The notes under the pieces: model-generated
Database searches by the model: none
Told to the model about the DNA's origin: nothing
Seen by the model: the letters and a program-made list of their open reading frames with translations, nothing else
Part shown: one piece after another, positions 40,444 to 51,735 of the stretch
How positions within the stretch are numbered: the first letter of the stretch is position 1
How the letters are laid out: the number at the start of each line of letters is the position of its first letter
Made by a program: the position numbers and the translations under genes
From: Mustelus asterias
Lineage: Eukaryota
Assembly: GCF_964213995.1 (NCBI RefSeq)
Contig: NC_135826.1
Location: 15,810,001-15,874,000, forward strand
Direction of reading: 5' to 3'
Length of the DNA stretch: 64,000 bases

Positions 40444-41790
40444 TCAATGTATTATTGCATCTATATTGATTCTTGATGATGCCCATAAAGTATTAATAGT
40501 GTATTCGTTGTCATAAATTGGAGCATCTACAGAAGTTGAAGTCATTGGTATTTCTTCCTTCTGTTCCTTGATTGATGCTATTCTTGCCACAGTCTGGCTT
40601 GTTAAACAACACCTGAGTAGCATTATAGTCGCAATAATCAGCAGTAAATAAACAAAAAGATATATAGTTCCAATTAATATGTTTTTTCCCAAATTTCCGA
40701 TCCATTCCGTTGTCCATTTTTCCAGAGAGAATGGCTCTGGTTTTTCTGACTTCTTGACCTCCTTCCGAATATGAGTTACCAGATTGGTGATATTCTCCAA
40801 AAGATCTGGTATGTAGGTGCAGCATTTCGATCCAATCAAAGTTTCTCCTCTTGCTGCAAGAATGAAATCCAACGTCATCCGATTCTGTAACACTGTACAC
40901 ATTGCTACCATCTCATCATTGATTTGTGATAAAGCAATGCTTGTGTCATTCGCTACCTTTTTCTAAGATATGGGCAATATTTTCCAATTCCATTGTCAGT
41001 CTTATATGTGAATATCCTGGCACCATTATTCCAAAGAAATAGTCTATGCCCACTGCAGTACGTCGATGTCTGGTAGTTTCCATTGGTAATTGATCAGTGT
41101 GATAAATATATGGAACTACATATCCTAAGTAACAAACTCCTCTCCAACCTTTGGGCAGCCAGGGTAAGCTTTGTTTCTCCAAATCCAATAAGTTCTATTA
41201 AACGTTGGGTAAATATGTTCTCCTCTGAAACAATATCGAATGTTGCACAAGCGATCATCTCCTAGTGGGCTTAAGCAAATCCTACTCTTGACATTTATGG
41301 TGTAGTTGCATTTACTAATCCCAATATCTATGCTTCCCTGGTCATTCTTGATGCATAATATTCCTTGTTTCTCTAAGCCTGTATCAATCAGAATCAAATT
41401 GGGTGCTTGTTTGAATACAGCTGAGTATCTATTCAAGTAACCTGACTTTTCTGTGCATGATCTGTCATTGAAAAAGTCTGCTCTTTCACACTCCTTTATA
41501 TATCCCACTGCTCTTCCTCTGGGTTTTCTGAACAATTGGGTTAATTGATCCCATATTATCAATTCTTTCCACCTTAAAGGGATTGGCTGTAAAGGAATTC
41601 CCTCCCCCGAATGAATTGGTCTACGAGTACATACCCAACATTTAGATACATCAGCTGTTTTAGCATAAGTGTTTGCCAAATACAGATAAGTGTTTCTGTT
41701 AAACTCCTGATAATCCACTTGCACTATACAAATCATACAAGTTATTACAAGATGTAATGTATTCATTTTTACCATTTTGTTATCACTCAA
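40444..41790 (-). pseudogene. env: ERV env (gamma-type SU-TM), frameshifted
   Basis: Signal peptide, CWVC isomerase motif, WLPKGWRGVCYLG, furin site RHRR, ISD LQNRMTLDFILAARG, CC, transmembrane helix. Confidence 0.9.
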
Positions 41791-42030
41791 GTTCTGTGTA
41801 TGTTAATAACAATAATGTACTTATTTTGACTGTGCCTTTTTTTAAAGATAGTTTTAATTTGTTATTCATTGATGTTTTCTTTCTTCGACGGATTGTTGAT
41901 TTTTTTTCATACGTACAATTCTGTAATTTTACACATAATATGGCCCTAAGGCCTCACAATTAGAATCAATAATCATAAATACAACATTTGATTATAAGCA
42001 TTTTCTAGATTGCTTTACTATACCGTCTGA

Positions 42031-44872
42031 TTAGACTAAAAATCTGAAACATTTTAGACAAATGAATTTATCCAGATTTGTTTTGCTAATTTGATCCTTT
42101 GGGTAAGGTTTTAGCTGTGTCCAGTGTCTCCATGTTGAACCATGTTTTGCATCAATTAAAGCACATGTTTCTCCTGCAATGATTATTTCAAATGGCCCCT
42201 CCCATCTAGTGCTTAATCCTTTTTTGTCAGACATTAATTGTACCATAACCTTATCTCCTGCAGTTGGTAAATTTGGATTTTCTTTTTCAGCTAATTTCAT
42301 CCAATCCTTATCTTGTTGTTGAATGACTACTTGTTTTTTCAGGAATGTAATTGGGTTATTAAGTGTCTCATGCATTGATAAACTGCTCCTTTTCCATTCG
42401 GTAACTCCTGTCCTCCTGTGATAACATCTTCTGGGAGATTCATTGCTCTTCTTGTCTTCAATTCAAATAGGGTTAATTCCATTCCTTGAGATGGAGTGGC
42501 TCTTTGTCTTAATAGAATTGCAGGCGAAGCCTGCATCCAATTATTCCCTTCTTCTAACATGGCTTTAGCCAAACTGTTTTTCAATGTCCTGTTCATTCAT
42601 TCTACCATCCCTGACTCTGTGGATGAAAAGGTAAGTGAAATTTCTGTTTAACCCCTAACATTCTACATACTTCTCTCAGAACTCTCCCGGTGAAGTGAGT
42701 TCCCTGATCTGAGTCCAATTGTAATGGCATTCCCAATCGGCGTATGATTTCATTGGCGAATATCAAAGCCACAGTCTTGGCTGTTGCATCTTTACATGGA
42801 AATGCTTCTACCCATCGTGTGAATTGGTCAATAATCACTAAGCAATAACTTTTCCCTTTCTTCCTTGGTAAAGGCCCTGTAAAGTCCATTTGTAAATTTT
42901 CCCATGGTCCCTTGGGTCTGGGTTGGTTTCCCATTTTTATTTTGCAATGTCATCCGGGTTCTACTTGAGCACACTGAATGCATTTTTGGCAGAACTTGGC
43001 GATCATTTCTCCCATTCCCTTCCAGCATCAGCAATTCTTAATTAAAGTGGTCATTTTATCTCTGCTGGTGTGTGCTACTCCATGATATAAAATCATCAGT
43101 GTTTGGTGTATTGCTTCTGGAACTATTATTTTCCTATCTTTCCTCCATATTCCATCCCACTCTTTCTTTGCTCCCAGTTCTTTCCATCTGTTTTTCTCTC
43201 CCTCTGTGACTTGTTCTTGAATCTGTTTGATGTCTAATTCAGTATCATCTTTAGTTTGTATAGCAGCTATATCAGCTAATTGGGTTTCTTCTAACTTTTG
43301 TTCTAATAATCTTTCAGCTGCTAAATCTGCTTTGTAATTCCCTTCTTGGTCCTTTCTAGTGATTCGTTTATGTGCACAAATTTTGATCACAGCTGCTTCC
43401 TTGGGTGTGTGTACTGCTTAAATCAAATCTTTGATCAAATTTTCACATTTAATGAGTCCTTCACTGGAAGGAACAAACCCTCGTCTTTTCCATGCAGTTA
43501 TGTAGTCATGTACTACCCCAAATGCATATCTGCTGTCTGTGTATACATTTATTCTTTTTCCTGTTCCGCATGTTAAAGCTCTAGTCAGAGCGATCAATTC
43601 TGCTACTGGTGCTGACTCTCCTCCTGGAATTTGTTTTCCTGCAACTATTGTTGCTTCCTCACTTACTACTGCCCGTGCAGAATGTGGTGCACCATCTATG
43701 TATTTCCTGGATCCATCCACATACAGATTAATCACATCACTCCCTGACAATGGTTCTTCTGACATGCCTTCACAAACTTCTTCATTGGCTTCAGATACAC
43801 ATTCATGTTCAGTCCCCAGCACTATGGGCTTGATTTTACCATCAAGTTGCGCCTGTTTTCGGGCGCGAAACTTATTCAAGTCGGGCATGAGGCGAGTAGT
43901 GTGATCCGCGCTTGCCTCCATGCCGGTTCCCCCTTTACCAAGGCCTGAACGTGGCCGCAAGCGGGACCGTGCCCGAAGTGTGCGCAACGGATACTTTAAT
44001 GCATTTGGATCATCGAAACTCACGCGAAACAGACATGGTCCACAAAAGTCCAATTAGGGCACTGCAGTTAGTGAGGAGGTCAGTGCTGAGCGTCCGATGG
44101 CTCTCTGCTTGAGATCGTGGGGGTAGGGGTGGGGGAGGTGAGTCTGACGGCTCTCTGCTTGAGATCGGTGGGGGGGAAAGGGGGTTCGCTGCGACTGCCT
44201 GAGATCAGTGGGTTGGAAGGGGGGCTCCGCTGCAACTGTGCCTGAGATCAGTGGGGGGGGGGAAGGGGGATCTGCTGCCACTCTGCCTGAAATCGGTGGC
44301 GGGGGGCAGGGGGGTCCACTGCCACTCTGCCTGAGATCGGTGGCGGGGAAGGGGAGAGGGGCCTGTGATCAGTCTGGGTGGTGGAGGGGGTGGTGGGATA
44401 AGGGGGTCAGTAATGTTGTGGGGGTGGGGCAATGTCTCTGGGAGCCAGGGGGAGGCATTATCCAGCCTGGGAAGGATGTGGCAGGGGAGCCGCATTCTAT
44501 CATTTTTATTCTGGGCATCAGCAGTTGGCGGCGCCGATTCGAGCTGCAGGGATTCGGGCGCGTTAAGCCTTGTCCACCGGCTTGTGCAGTACGATTCGGA
44601 ATCGCTGATATTTTTGTGGGTAGAGTGTGTATGGGGGGGGGTGTCTGAGAACGGGCCCAAAACTTGGATCTGAAACACCCCCAGTTTCAAGTCCAGCACT
44701 TGTATTCAAAATGGTCAAAAGGGCCCTATGTGTCCCCCAACTGGACCATCTCTCACCTCCTTACTGATTTCCACATGCTTATCCCATTTTGATCTTCTTC
44801 CACCTGAGACTCCTTTTAGTCTTCCTGCTTCTAACAACTGCTGCGTGGACTATGAAGGATTCTTTTTCCCAT
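42031..44872 (-). pseudogene. pol: ERV pol remnant: RT connection, RNase H and integrase (protease and RT core absent)
   Basis: LYVDGS, AELIAL, VYTDSRYAFG (RNase H). LQMDFTGP, IDQFTRWVEAFP, DSDQGTHFTG, HPQS (integrase). RWEGPF (GPY/F). Confidence 0.9.
43826..44726. mobile_element. Non-autonomous Harbinger-type TIR element (same family as 7862-8958)
   Basis: TIRs GGGCTTGATTTTACCAT / ATGGTCAAAAGGGCCC; TSD TAT; the pol frame is restored when it is removed. Confidence 0.85.
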
Positions 44873-44874
44873 AA

Positions 44875-45041
44875 GTGTGGAAGAGAGAATGTCTGGGGTG
44901 CATGGGGTCCTTAATCATGCTGGCTGCTTTGCCGAGGCAGCGGGAAGTGTAGACTGAGTGAATGGATGGGAGGCTGATTTGCGTGATGGATTGGGCTACA
45001 TTCACGACCTTTTGTAGTCCCTTGCGGTCTTGGGCAGAGCA
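44875..45041 (-). mobile_element. Internal Rex1/Babar fragment truncated at both ends
   Basis: CSAQDRKGLQKVVNVAQSITQ...HSLFH; no 3' tail. Confidence 0.85.
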
Positions 45042-45049
45042 ATTCAAAA

Positions 45050-46322
45050 TGCTGGACTCAAACTCAATCCTAACAAGGCAATGTGTCCTTTTTGCATGCA
45101 TAACAGTTCTTATAACCTTGTGTGTAATCTGTTTTCCTGATGCATGTATGGGTGTTTTCTCTGACTCCTGTTCTTCTGGCTCTTTGTAAATCCTCAGCTC
45201 TCACTGCCCAATTAATTATTTCTCCATATGTTTCCCCCATCGGTATCCCCATTTTAATGATATGAGTCAATTCTGGGCTGAATCTATTTATTAACAATTG
45301 TCAGAAGATGTCATCATCACGGCTCGGGTAATCAATTCCGCTGTTATCTACATAAGCTTTGAATTTTCTTTCAGCATATTCCTCTGCTGTCTCGTCTGCT
45401 TTTTGTTTAATTGCTGTTACCCTAATCCGATTTGCAGCCCCATCTCCTAATGTTTTTCTTAACGCAGTTTTGTAAGCAAAGTATTTTATGTCATCATCTG
45501 TCCCCCCAGTAATTATCCAATCTCTGTTCTTTAATGCATCATTGGCTAACATTTCCCATCCTGGTCCTGATAACTTTAATAAGTGCTCTTACATCATCTA
45601 AAGTTAAATAATGCAGATTTCTAGCTTCATCCGCATGCTCCCAAAAGGCTGAATTTTTGTGGTTTCTTTTCAAGGGTCCCAATGCTTCTGTAATCATTTG
45701 TTTATCAGAGGGAGACAAGGGAACTTCCTCAGTTACAAAAGTAGATCTTACCCTTCCTCCACGAGAATGATGTACCTTTGTCCTAATGGGAGCCATGAAT
45801 TTAGTTTTAATGGAAGATGGTGTTAATATCTTTTTTTTCATAAAATTTTTTCTTTAGTTCATTCCCCCTGTCACCACTGGATGGAGCTTTGTTCTTACAA
45901 ATTTTCATATTCTCAAATCAACTGTTAATCTTAGAACTGTCTGATCCTGAGGTCTCACCTGATTCTGATGATGAACTTGTTTCATCAGAACTGATTTCAG
46001 CCTCAGAATTGTAAACTTCCTTTTTAATTTTATGTTTAATTTTTCCCTGCTTGTTGTTTTCCTGATCTGTATTTTTAAGATGCCGTTCTTTTTCCCTAAC
46101 CTCTTTTACTAATTGATTCCTTGTTGTAGCGGCCAAAATGATTCCAGCCATCTCCGATTTTTGTTCAGTTTGCTGATTCCACCAATCTTTTTGAATCTCG
46201 TCTAATGCATCGGGGTTATGGCCCTTGCTAATCATTTTCTTGATTAATTTACTATTTTCATTGGCAAAGGTTTGAATTACGGAACCAGCAATTCCCCAAA
46301 CTGGATTATCTCCTTCTGCCAT
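45050..46322 (-). pseudogene. gag: ERV gag, frameshifted
   Basis: MHR-like IKQKADETAEEYAERK, INRFSPEL and a degenerate CYACKK.GH zinc knuckle; lies upstream of pol. Confidence 0.75.
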
Positions 46323-47606
46323 TTTATATGTGAAAATTGCTTTATTTTTTTCTTTACTTTTTCTGTTAAAAACTTTTTTTTTAAAAAGAAATGACTTCCT
46401 TTTAGCTGTAACCTTTTTACGGCTTCTCCAATATTAAACTACCATTTAACTCTTGTATTCCCTTTTTTTAAGTTGTATCTTCCGTATTTTACAACATCTC
46501 CGTCGTTAGACTACTGTTTAAATCTGCTGTATTTTTACTCGGTCTGTTTAACCAATAAGTGCGCAGAACTCTGGCACTGTTGTTTCAGCGAAACTAACTC
46601 CCCTTACCTTAGTTTCCTGTTTTACGCGCACTTCACTACTTCTGTGTAATCAGCACACCTTTCAGGGACCTGCTGCATGTGGGTAGAGTGTCTTTTCTTT
46701 CCCCCCACTTTTGCGTTGATAAACCAGTAAAAAAATTACCTCGCGCTACAACATTGGCAATGAGACTAAATCATCCGACAGTCGCTAAATTGTCAACATC
46801 TGGGGGCGGAAGGGTGAGTCTCCAAAAAACTTGCAAGGAAGGTAAAATGTCATTGTACCAATCATAGCCGAGTCGCCATGCCATTGTTCCGGAAAATTAA
46901 TCTTTTTGATCCAGAGGTTGAAAATTGTTGCCAGTACATCAAAAAACTTCAATACATTTTCGCAGCCAATGAAATAACGTCCAAAGAAAAGCAGAAAGTT
47001 ATTTTACTCATGGTTTGCAGCCCATAAGCATATGACCTCGTAAGAAGCCTGACTTCTCCGGAGATATCGGGTATGAAACCCTTTGACCAGTTAGTCGCAC
47101 TAGTGAGGGACCATTACAATCCCCAACCCTCCATTATTATGCAGAGATATAAATTTGATTCGGCTATTAGGGACTGAGGGGAAACAGTTTCTGCTTCTGT
47201 TGCCAGGCTTTGCCAAATGTCCTTACACTGAGAGTTTGGCCTGTCTCTAAATGATATGTTAGCTGACCGTCTTGTCTGTGGTATTAACAGTTTGAACATT
47301 CAGAAGAAGTTGCTGGAAGAAACTGAAATTTGCCGAGATAAGGCGATTGAATTGGCTGAAGTGACTGAAAGCTCTAAACACGACACTTCTGAACTGCAAA
47401 GCGTGCAGGATGAGGTGAATAAAATTTGGCGGGAAATGGTGACCGCTGAAATCCCAGTAGCGAGGACCCAGCGAAGCCTGAGAAAAGGAAGAGAAATCAT
47501 CAGCCACACGGTTTGGTGAGTGTTATTGTTGTGGAGGAGGTCACCTCCAAGACAGATGTGAATGTAAAGAACTCATTTGTTTCAGATGCAATAGAAAGGG
47601 CCACAT

Positions 47607-47957
47607 ACCAGCCTCCCACCCATTGACACTGTCTACACTTCCCGTTGCCTCGGAAAAGCAGCCAGCATAATTAAGGACCCCACGCACCCCAGACATTCTC
47701 TCTTCCACCTTCATCCGTTGGGAAAAAGATACAAAAGTCTGAGGCCACGTACCAACTGACTCAAGAACAGCTTCTCTCCTGCTGGCATCAGACTTTTGAA
47801 TGGACCTGCCTCACATGAAGTTGATCTTTCTCTACACCCTATCTCTGACTGTAACACTACATTTTGCACTGTCCTTTCCTTCTCTATGAACGGTATGCTT
47901 TGTCTGTATAGTGCACAAGAAACAATACTTTTCACTGTATACTAACACATGTGACAT
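47607..47957 (+). mobile_element. Rex1/Babar LINE 3' fragment
   Basis: Matches the 3' part of the Rex copy at about 25320-25670. Confidence 0.85.
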
Positions 47958-48256
47958 GGGCGGCACGGTGGCACAGTGTTTAGCACTGGTTGCCTCACAG
48001 TGCCAGAGACCCAGGTTCGATTCCCGGCTTCAGCCACTGTCTGTGTGGAGTTTGCATATTCTCCCATGTCTGCGTGGGTTTCCACCGGGTGCTCCAGTTT
48101 CCTCCCACAGTCCAAAGATGTGCGGTTTAGGTGGATTGGCCATGATAAATTCTCCTTCAGTGTACCCGAACAGGCGCTGGAATGTGGCGACGAGGGGATT
48201 TTCACAGTAACTTCACTGCATTGTTAATGTAAGCCTACTTGTGACTAATAAATAAC
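47958..48256 (+). mobile_element. tRNA-derived V-SINE with non-CR1 tail
   Basis: A box GGTGGCACAGTG, B box GGTTCGATTCC, V domain; tail GTAAGCCTACTTGTGACTAATAAATAA. Confidence 0.85.
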
Positions 48257-48761
48257 TCAAATCAAGTACAAAAGCCAGATGCAGAGTCAGATAGACGACA
48301 TCTAGTTTCCAGAAAAAGAAACATGGATCCAGTGAATAAGCTTGAGAAAGATGTGGAAGAGAAGTCTGAAGTTTATATGTTCAACTGTGTCAGATTAAAT
48401 AAAATACCCCCCATCGAAATTGTCCTTATGGTTAACGAGCACTCATTAACTATGGAGGTCGATACAGGTGCTTCAGGATCAGTAATAGGAGACCAAACAT
48501 ACAAGTATTTACAGGATGGGTTGCAATCTATGAGGCTTAGCAGTACAGTGGCCAACTTGACTAAGATAATGGGCACAACATCAACACTGTGTGTCTTATC
48601 AGCATCAGTCTGCCCAGCTACCCATGATGGTAGTGAAAGGACAGAGGCCTAGCCTGGTGGCACAAGACTGGTTGAAGCGAATGAGGTTGAATTGGCTGTA
48701 AATATTCAGCATTACGGAAAAGGTTTTCCAGAAACTCTTGTACAAGTATCAAGAAATCTTT

Positions 48762-49080
48762 CTGAGAAAAGGAGGAGAAATCATCAGCCACATGGGTTTG
48801 ATGAGTGTTATTTTATGGAGGAGGCCATCCCCCAAGACAGATGGACAATTTCTTCAGCCAGAGGGTGGTGAATCTTTGGAACTCATTGCCACAGAGGGCT
48901 GTGGAGGCCAGATCATTGAGTGTCTTTAAGGCAGAGATAGATAGCTTCTTGATCAATAAGGGCCTCAAGGGTTACGGGGAGAAGGCAGGAGAATGGGGAC
49001 GAGAATCATATCGCCATGATTGAATGGCGAAACAGACTCGATGGGCATGAATGGCCCAATTCTGCTTCTATATCTTATGG
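48762..49080 (+). mobile_element. CR1 3' tail carrying a 5' Gypsy gag-derived segment
   Basis: CR1 UTR at 48844-49080; 48762-48843 resembles 47478-47558; TSD TCTTTC. Confidence 0.75.
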
Positions 49081-50112
49081 TCTTTCAGAGAGAGCTGGGG
49101 TGCATACGAGGAGTTATGGCTAAAATTTATGTGAACCCTTTGTCAACGCCAAAATACATTAGAACCCGCCATGTCCCTTATGTTCTACATCAAAATGAAG
49201 AGGTAGATTTGAAGCGATTGGAAGACTAAGGGATAATTAAACCATTACAATTCTTCGAGTGGGCTGCGCCAATAGTCCCAGTGTTAAAACCAGACCGCAC
49301 AGTGAGGATTTGTGGCGAGGACATATTGACCATGGCCAAGGCTGACCAAATAGGTAGCTATCCTATTCCTAGGATAGAAGACCTTTACGCTAAACTTGCA
49401 GGAGGCTTCAGGTACAAAAATTGGAGTTAAATCATGTGTACCAGCAGCCTGGGCTGGAGGAACATGTGAGGAAATTTGTCACCATTAATACACACAAAGG
49501 CTAATTCCAATATACCAGACTATCCTTTGTCATTTCATCTGCATGGTGAATGCACCCATGGAAAGCCTTCTGCAAGGAATTCCAAGGGCTGGCATGTATC
49601 TGGATGATGTCTTGATGACGGGGACATCACCCGAGGAGCATAGGGCCTAGGACTAATTGGGAGGAAGTCCTCAAAAGATTGAAAGAAGCTGTCTGCTTGA
49701 AAAGAGAAAAATGTACTTTTCAGGCTGATGAGGTCGTATAGTTAGGATTCAGAGTCGATGCAAAAGAATTGCACCCACTAGAAGCAAAGGTAAAGATTAT
49801 AAAAGAGGTGTCTGCGCTGAAGAATGTTACAGAGTTGAAGTCCTTCTTAGGAATGGTCAATTTCCATGGCTGCTTTTTAACCAACCTGTCTACCATTTTG
49901 GCACCCTTAGAACGACCTCTAAAAATAATCATCCATGTCACCAATGGGAAGATTCTCAGAGAAAAGCCTTTGACCAAGTGAAACAGGTCCTACAATCATC
50001 TGCCTCACTCATCCATTTCGATCCAGTTAAGCAGATAATAGTGTCATGTGATGCGTCACCTTATGACATTGGGGCCATACTTTCCCAAAAGATGGAAGAC
50101 GACAGGGAGCGC

Positions 50113-50338
50113 TGTAATACGTCTGTGGAGGCAGAAGTCCCTTCACCAATATCCCTTTATTTACAAACTCTAACAGCAGTACACAGAATGCTAACAGTTA
50201 GAAGTCTACCTCCGGGGGTGCCAGAGTTACTGACACTCCTAGTTAAGTACAAGGCAAAGACTCCCTGATTGGCCCATCAATTGGATCCTTAATCAGGGAG
50301 TTCATACTAATCTCAATGGCTTAATTGAAGTCATTGCA
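50113..50338 (-). repeat. Solo LTR inserted in the Gypsy RNase H region
   Basis: TGTAAT...ATTGCA termini; 5-bp TSD AGCGC/AGTGC; minus-strand AATAAA near 50155. Confidence 0.75.
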
Positions 50339-50474
50339 AGTGCCCTTTCACTTTTGCTTCCAGGGCCTTGTCTGATGCCAAAAGGAAATGATAACAGATT
50401 GATAGAGAGAGTCTGGCAATCATGTACACCATTCAGAAATTCCACCAATATGTTTATTGCCTTTACTTCACCAT

Positions 50475-50820
50475 CACGGTGGCACGGTAGCACAGTGGTT
50501 AGCACTGCTGCTTCACAGCTCCAGGGACCTGGGTTCGATTCCCGGCTTGGGTCACTGTCTGTGTGGAGTTTGCACATTCTCCTCGTGTCTGCATGGGTTT
50601 CCTCTGGGTGCTCCGGTTTCCTCCCACAGTCCAAAGATGTGCGGGTTAGGTTGATTGGCCATGCTAAAATTTAGTGTCCTGAGATGCGTAGGTTAGAGGG
50701 ATTAGTGGGTAAAATATGTAGGGGTATGGGGGCAGGGCCTGGGTGGGATTGTGGTCGGTGTAGACCCGATGGGCCAAATGGCCTCTTTCTGTACTGTAGG
50801 GTTTCTATGATTTCAATGAT
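50475..50820 (+). mobile_element. Full-length HE1/V-SINE with CR1-type tail
   Basis: A and B boxes, V domain, tail GGGCCAAATGGCCTCTTTCTGTACTGTAGGGTTTCTATG. Confidence 0.88.
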
Positions 50821-51408
50821 CACCTCGGACCACAAGCTGTGCAATGATAAACTGATTCTGTCAATCTAATTGACCAGTGTACAAAGATGAGCCTTTTGGC
50901 TGCTTAGAGCTACACCTTTCAACACAGGCCAGAGGAACATTTCTCCAATGCCAATGCTCTAAGTTGGCTTCCACTTCAACAGACGATATCGTCACCGCTC
51001 GTTGCACAGGAGATAGTCCTTGGTTTGAATTTTCTGGACATTCTACCCATTTCGTCAACCCTCATCAAGATATGGACGCAGAGGAACCTCGTTCCATCAA
51101 AGGTTAAAAGAATAGTTTTAATCAGCTGGCATTTTGACAAATTTGAACAGGTCTGGCCCTGCAGTGAAGGGATGAAATTAGCTATGAAGACAGGGTGGTT
51201 TCTGGGAGAGCCAAGTGATAGTACCAGCCCCAGGGTGACAGCCACTCCCCCAGGAGCTGCACAGAGAACGTCTTGGGCAAACCGAGATGAAGATGTTGGC
51301 CAGAAGCTACATTTGGCCTGGAATTGACAAGCAAATAGAGAGTGTGGTCAGCCGTTGTGAGCATTGCCAAACACAGCAAAACCTTCTGCCCACAGCAAAC
51401 TTACACCA

Positions 51409-51735
51409 CTGGGAGAGGCCCGGCTGCCCTGGGGGTGAGTGGCCCGGCTGCCCTGGGGGTGAGTGGCCCGGCTGCCCTGGGGGTGAGTGGCCCGGCTGCC
51501 CTGGGGGTGAGTGGCCCGGCTGCCCTGGGAGTGAGTGGCCCGGCTGCCCTGGGAGTGAGTGGCCCGGCTGCCCTGGGAGTGAGTGGCCCGGCTGCCCTGG
51601 GAGTGAGTGGCCCGGCTGCCCTGGGAGTGAGTGGCCCGGCTGCCCTGGGAGTGAGTGGCCCGGCTGCCCTGGGAGTGAGTGGCCCGGCTGCCCTGGGAGT
51701 GAGTGGCCCGGCTGCCCTGGGAGAGGCCCGGCTGC
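51409..51735. repeat. 24-bp minisatellite GTGAGTGGCCCGGCTGCCCTGGG(G/A), about 13 copies
   Basis: Near-perfect tandem array inside the Gypsy integrase linker. Confidence 0.96.

Larger units (their letters stand above)
39217..46700 (-). mobile_element. Defective endogenous retrovirus (class I / epsilon-like): gag, partial pol, env, 3' LTR
   Basis: Ordered gag, connection/RNase H, integrase, env, PPT and LTR on the minus strand; AT-rich; multiple frameshifts. Confidence 0.9.

Noticed and set aside
40444-41790. Domesticated syncytin-like env
   Set aside because: The env is broken into three frames, and the segment between the ISD and the CC appears shortened, without the first Cys of the CX6CC motif.
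43418-44053. 211-aa ORF as a novel RNase H fusion protein
   Set aside because: The N-terminal part is read-through from the inserted TIR element into the ERV RNase H.
47958-48030. tRNA genes here and at 50475 and 57938
   Set aside because: These are tRNA-derived SINE heads followed by the V domain, with no complete cloverleaf.
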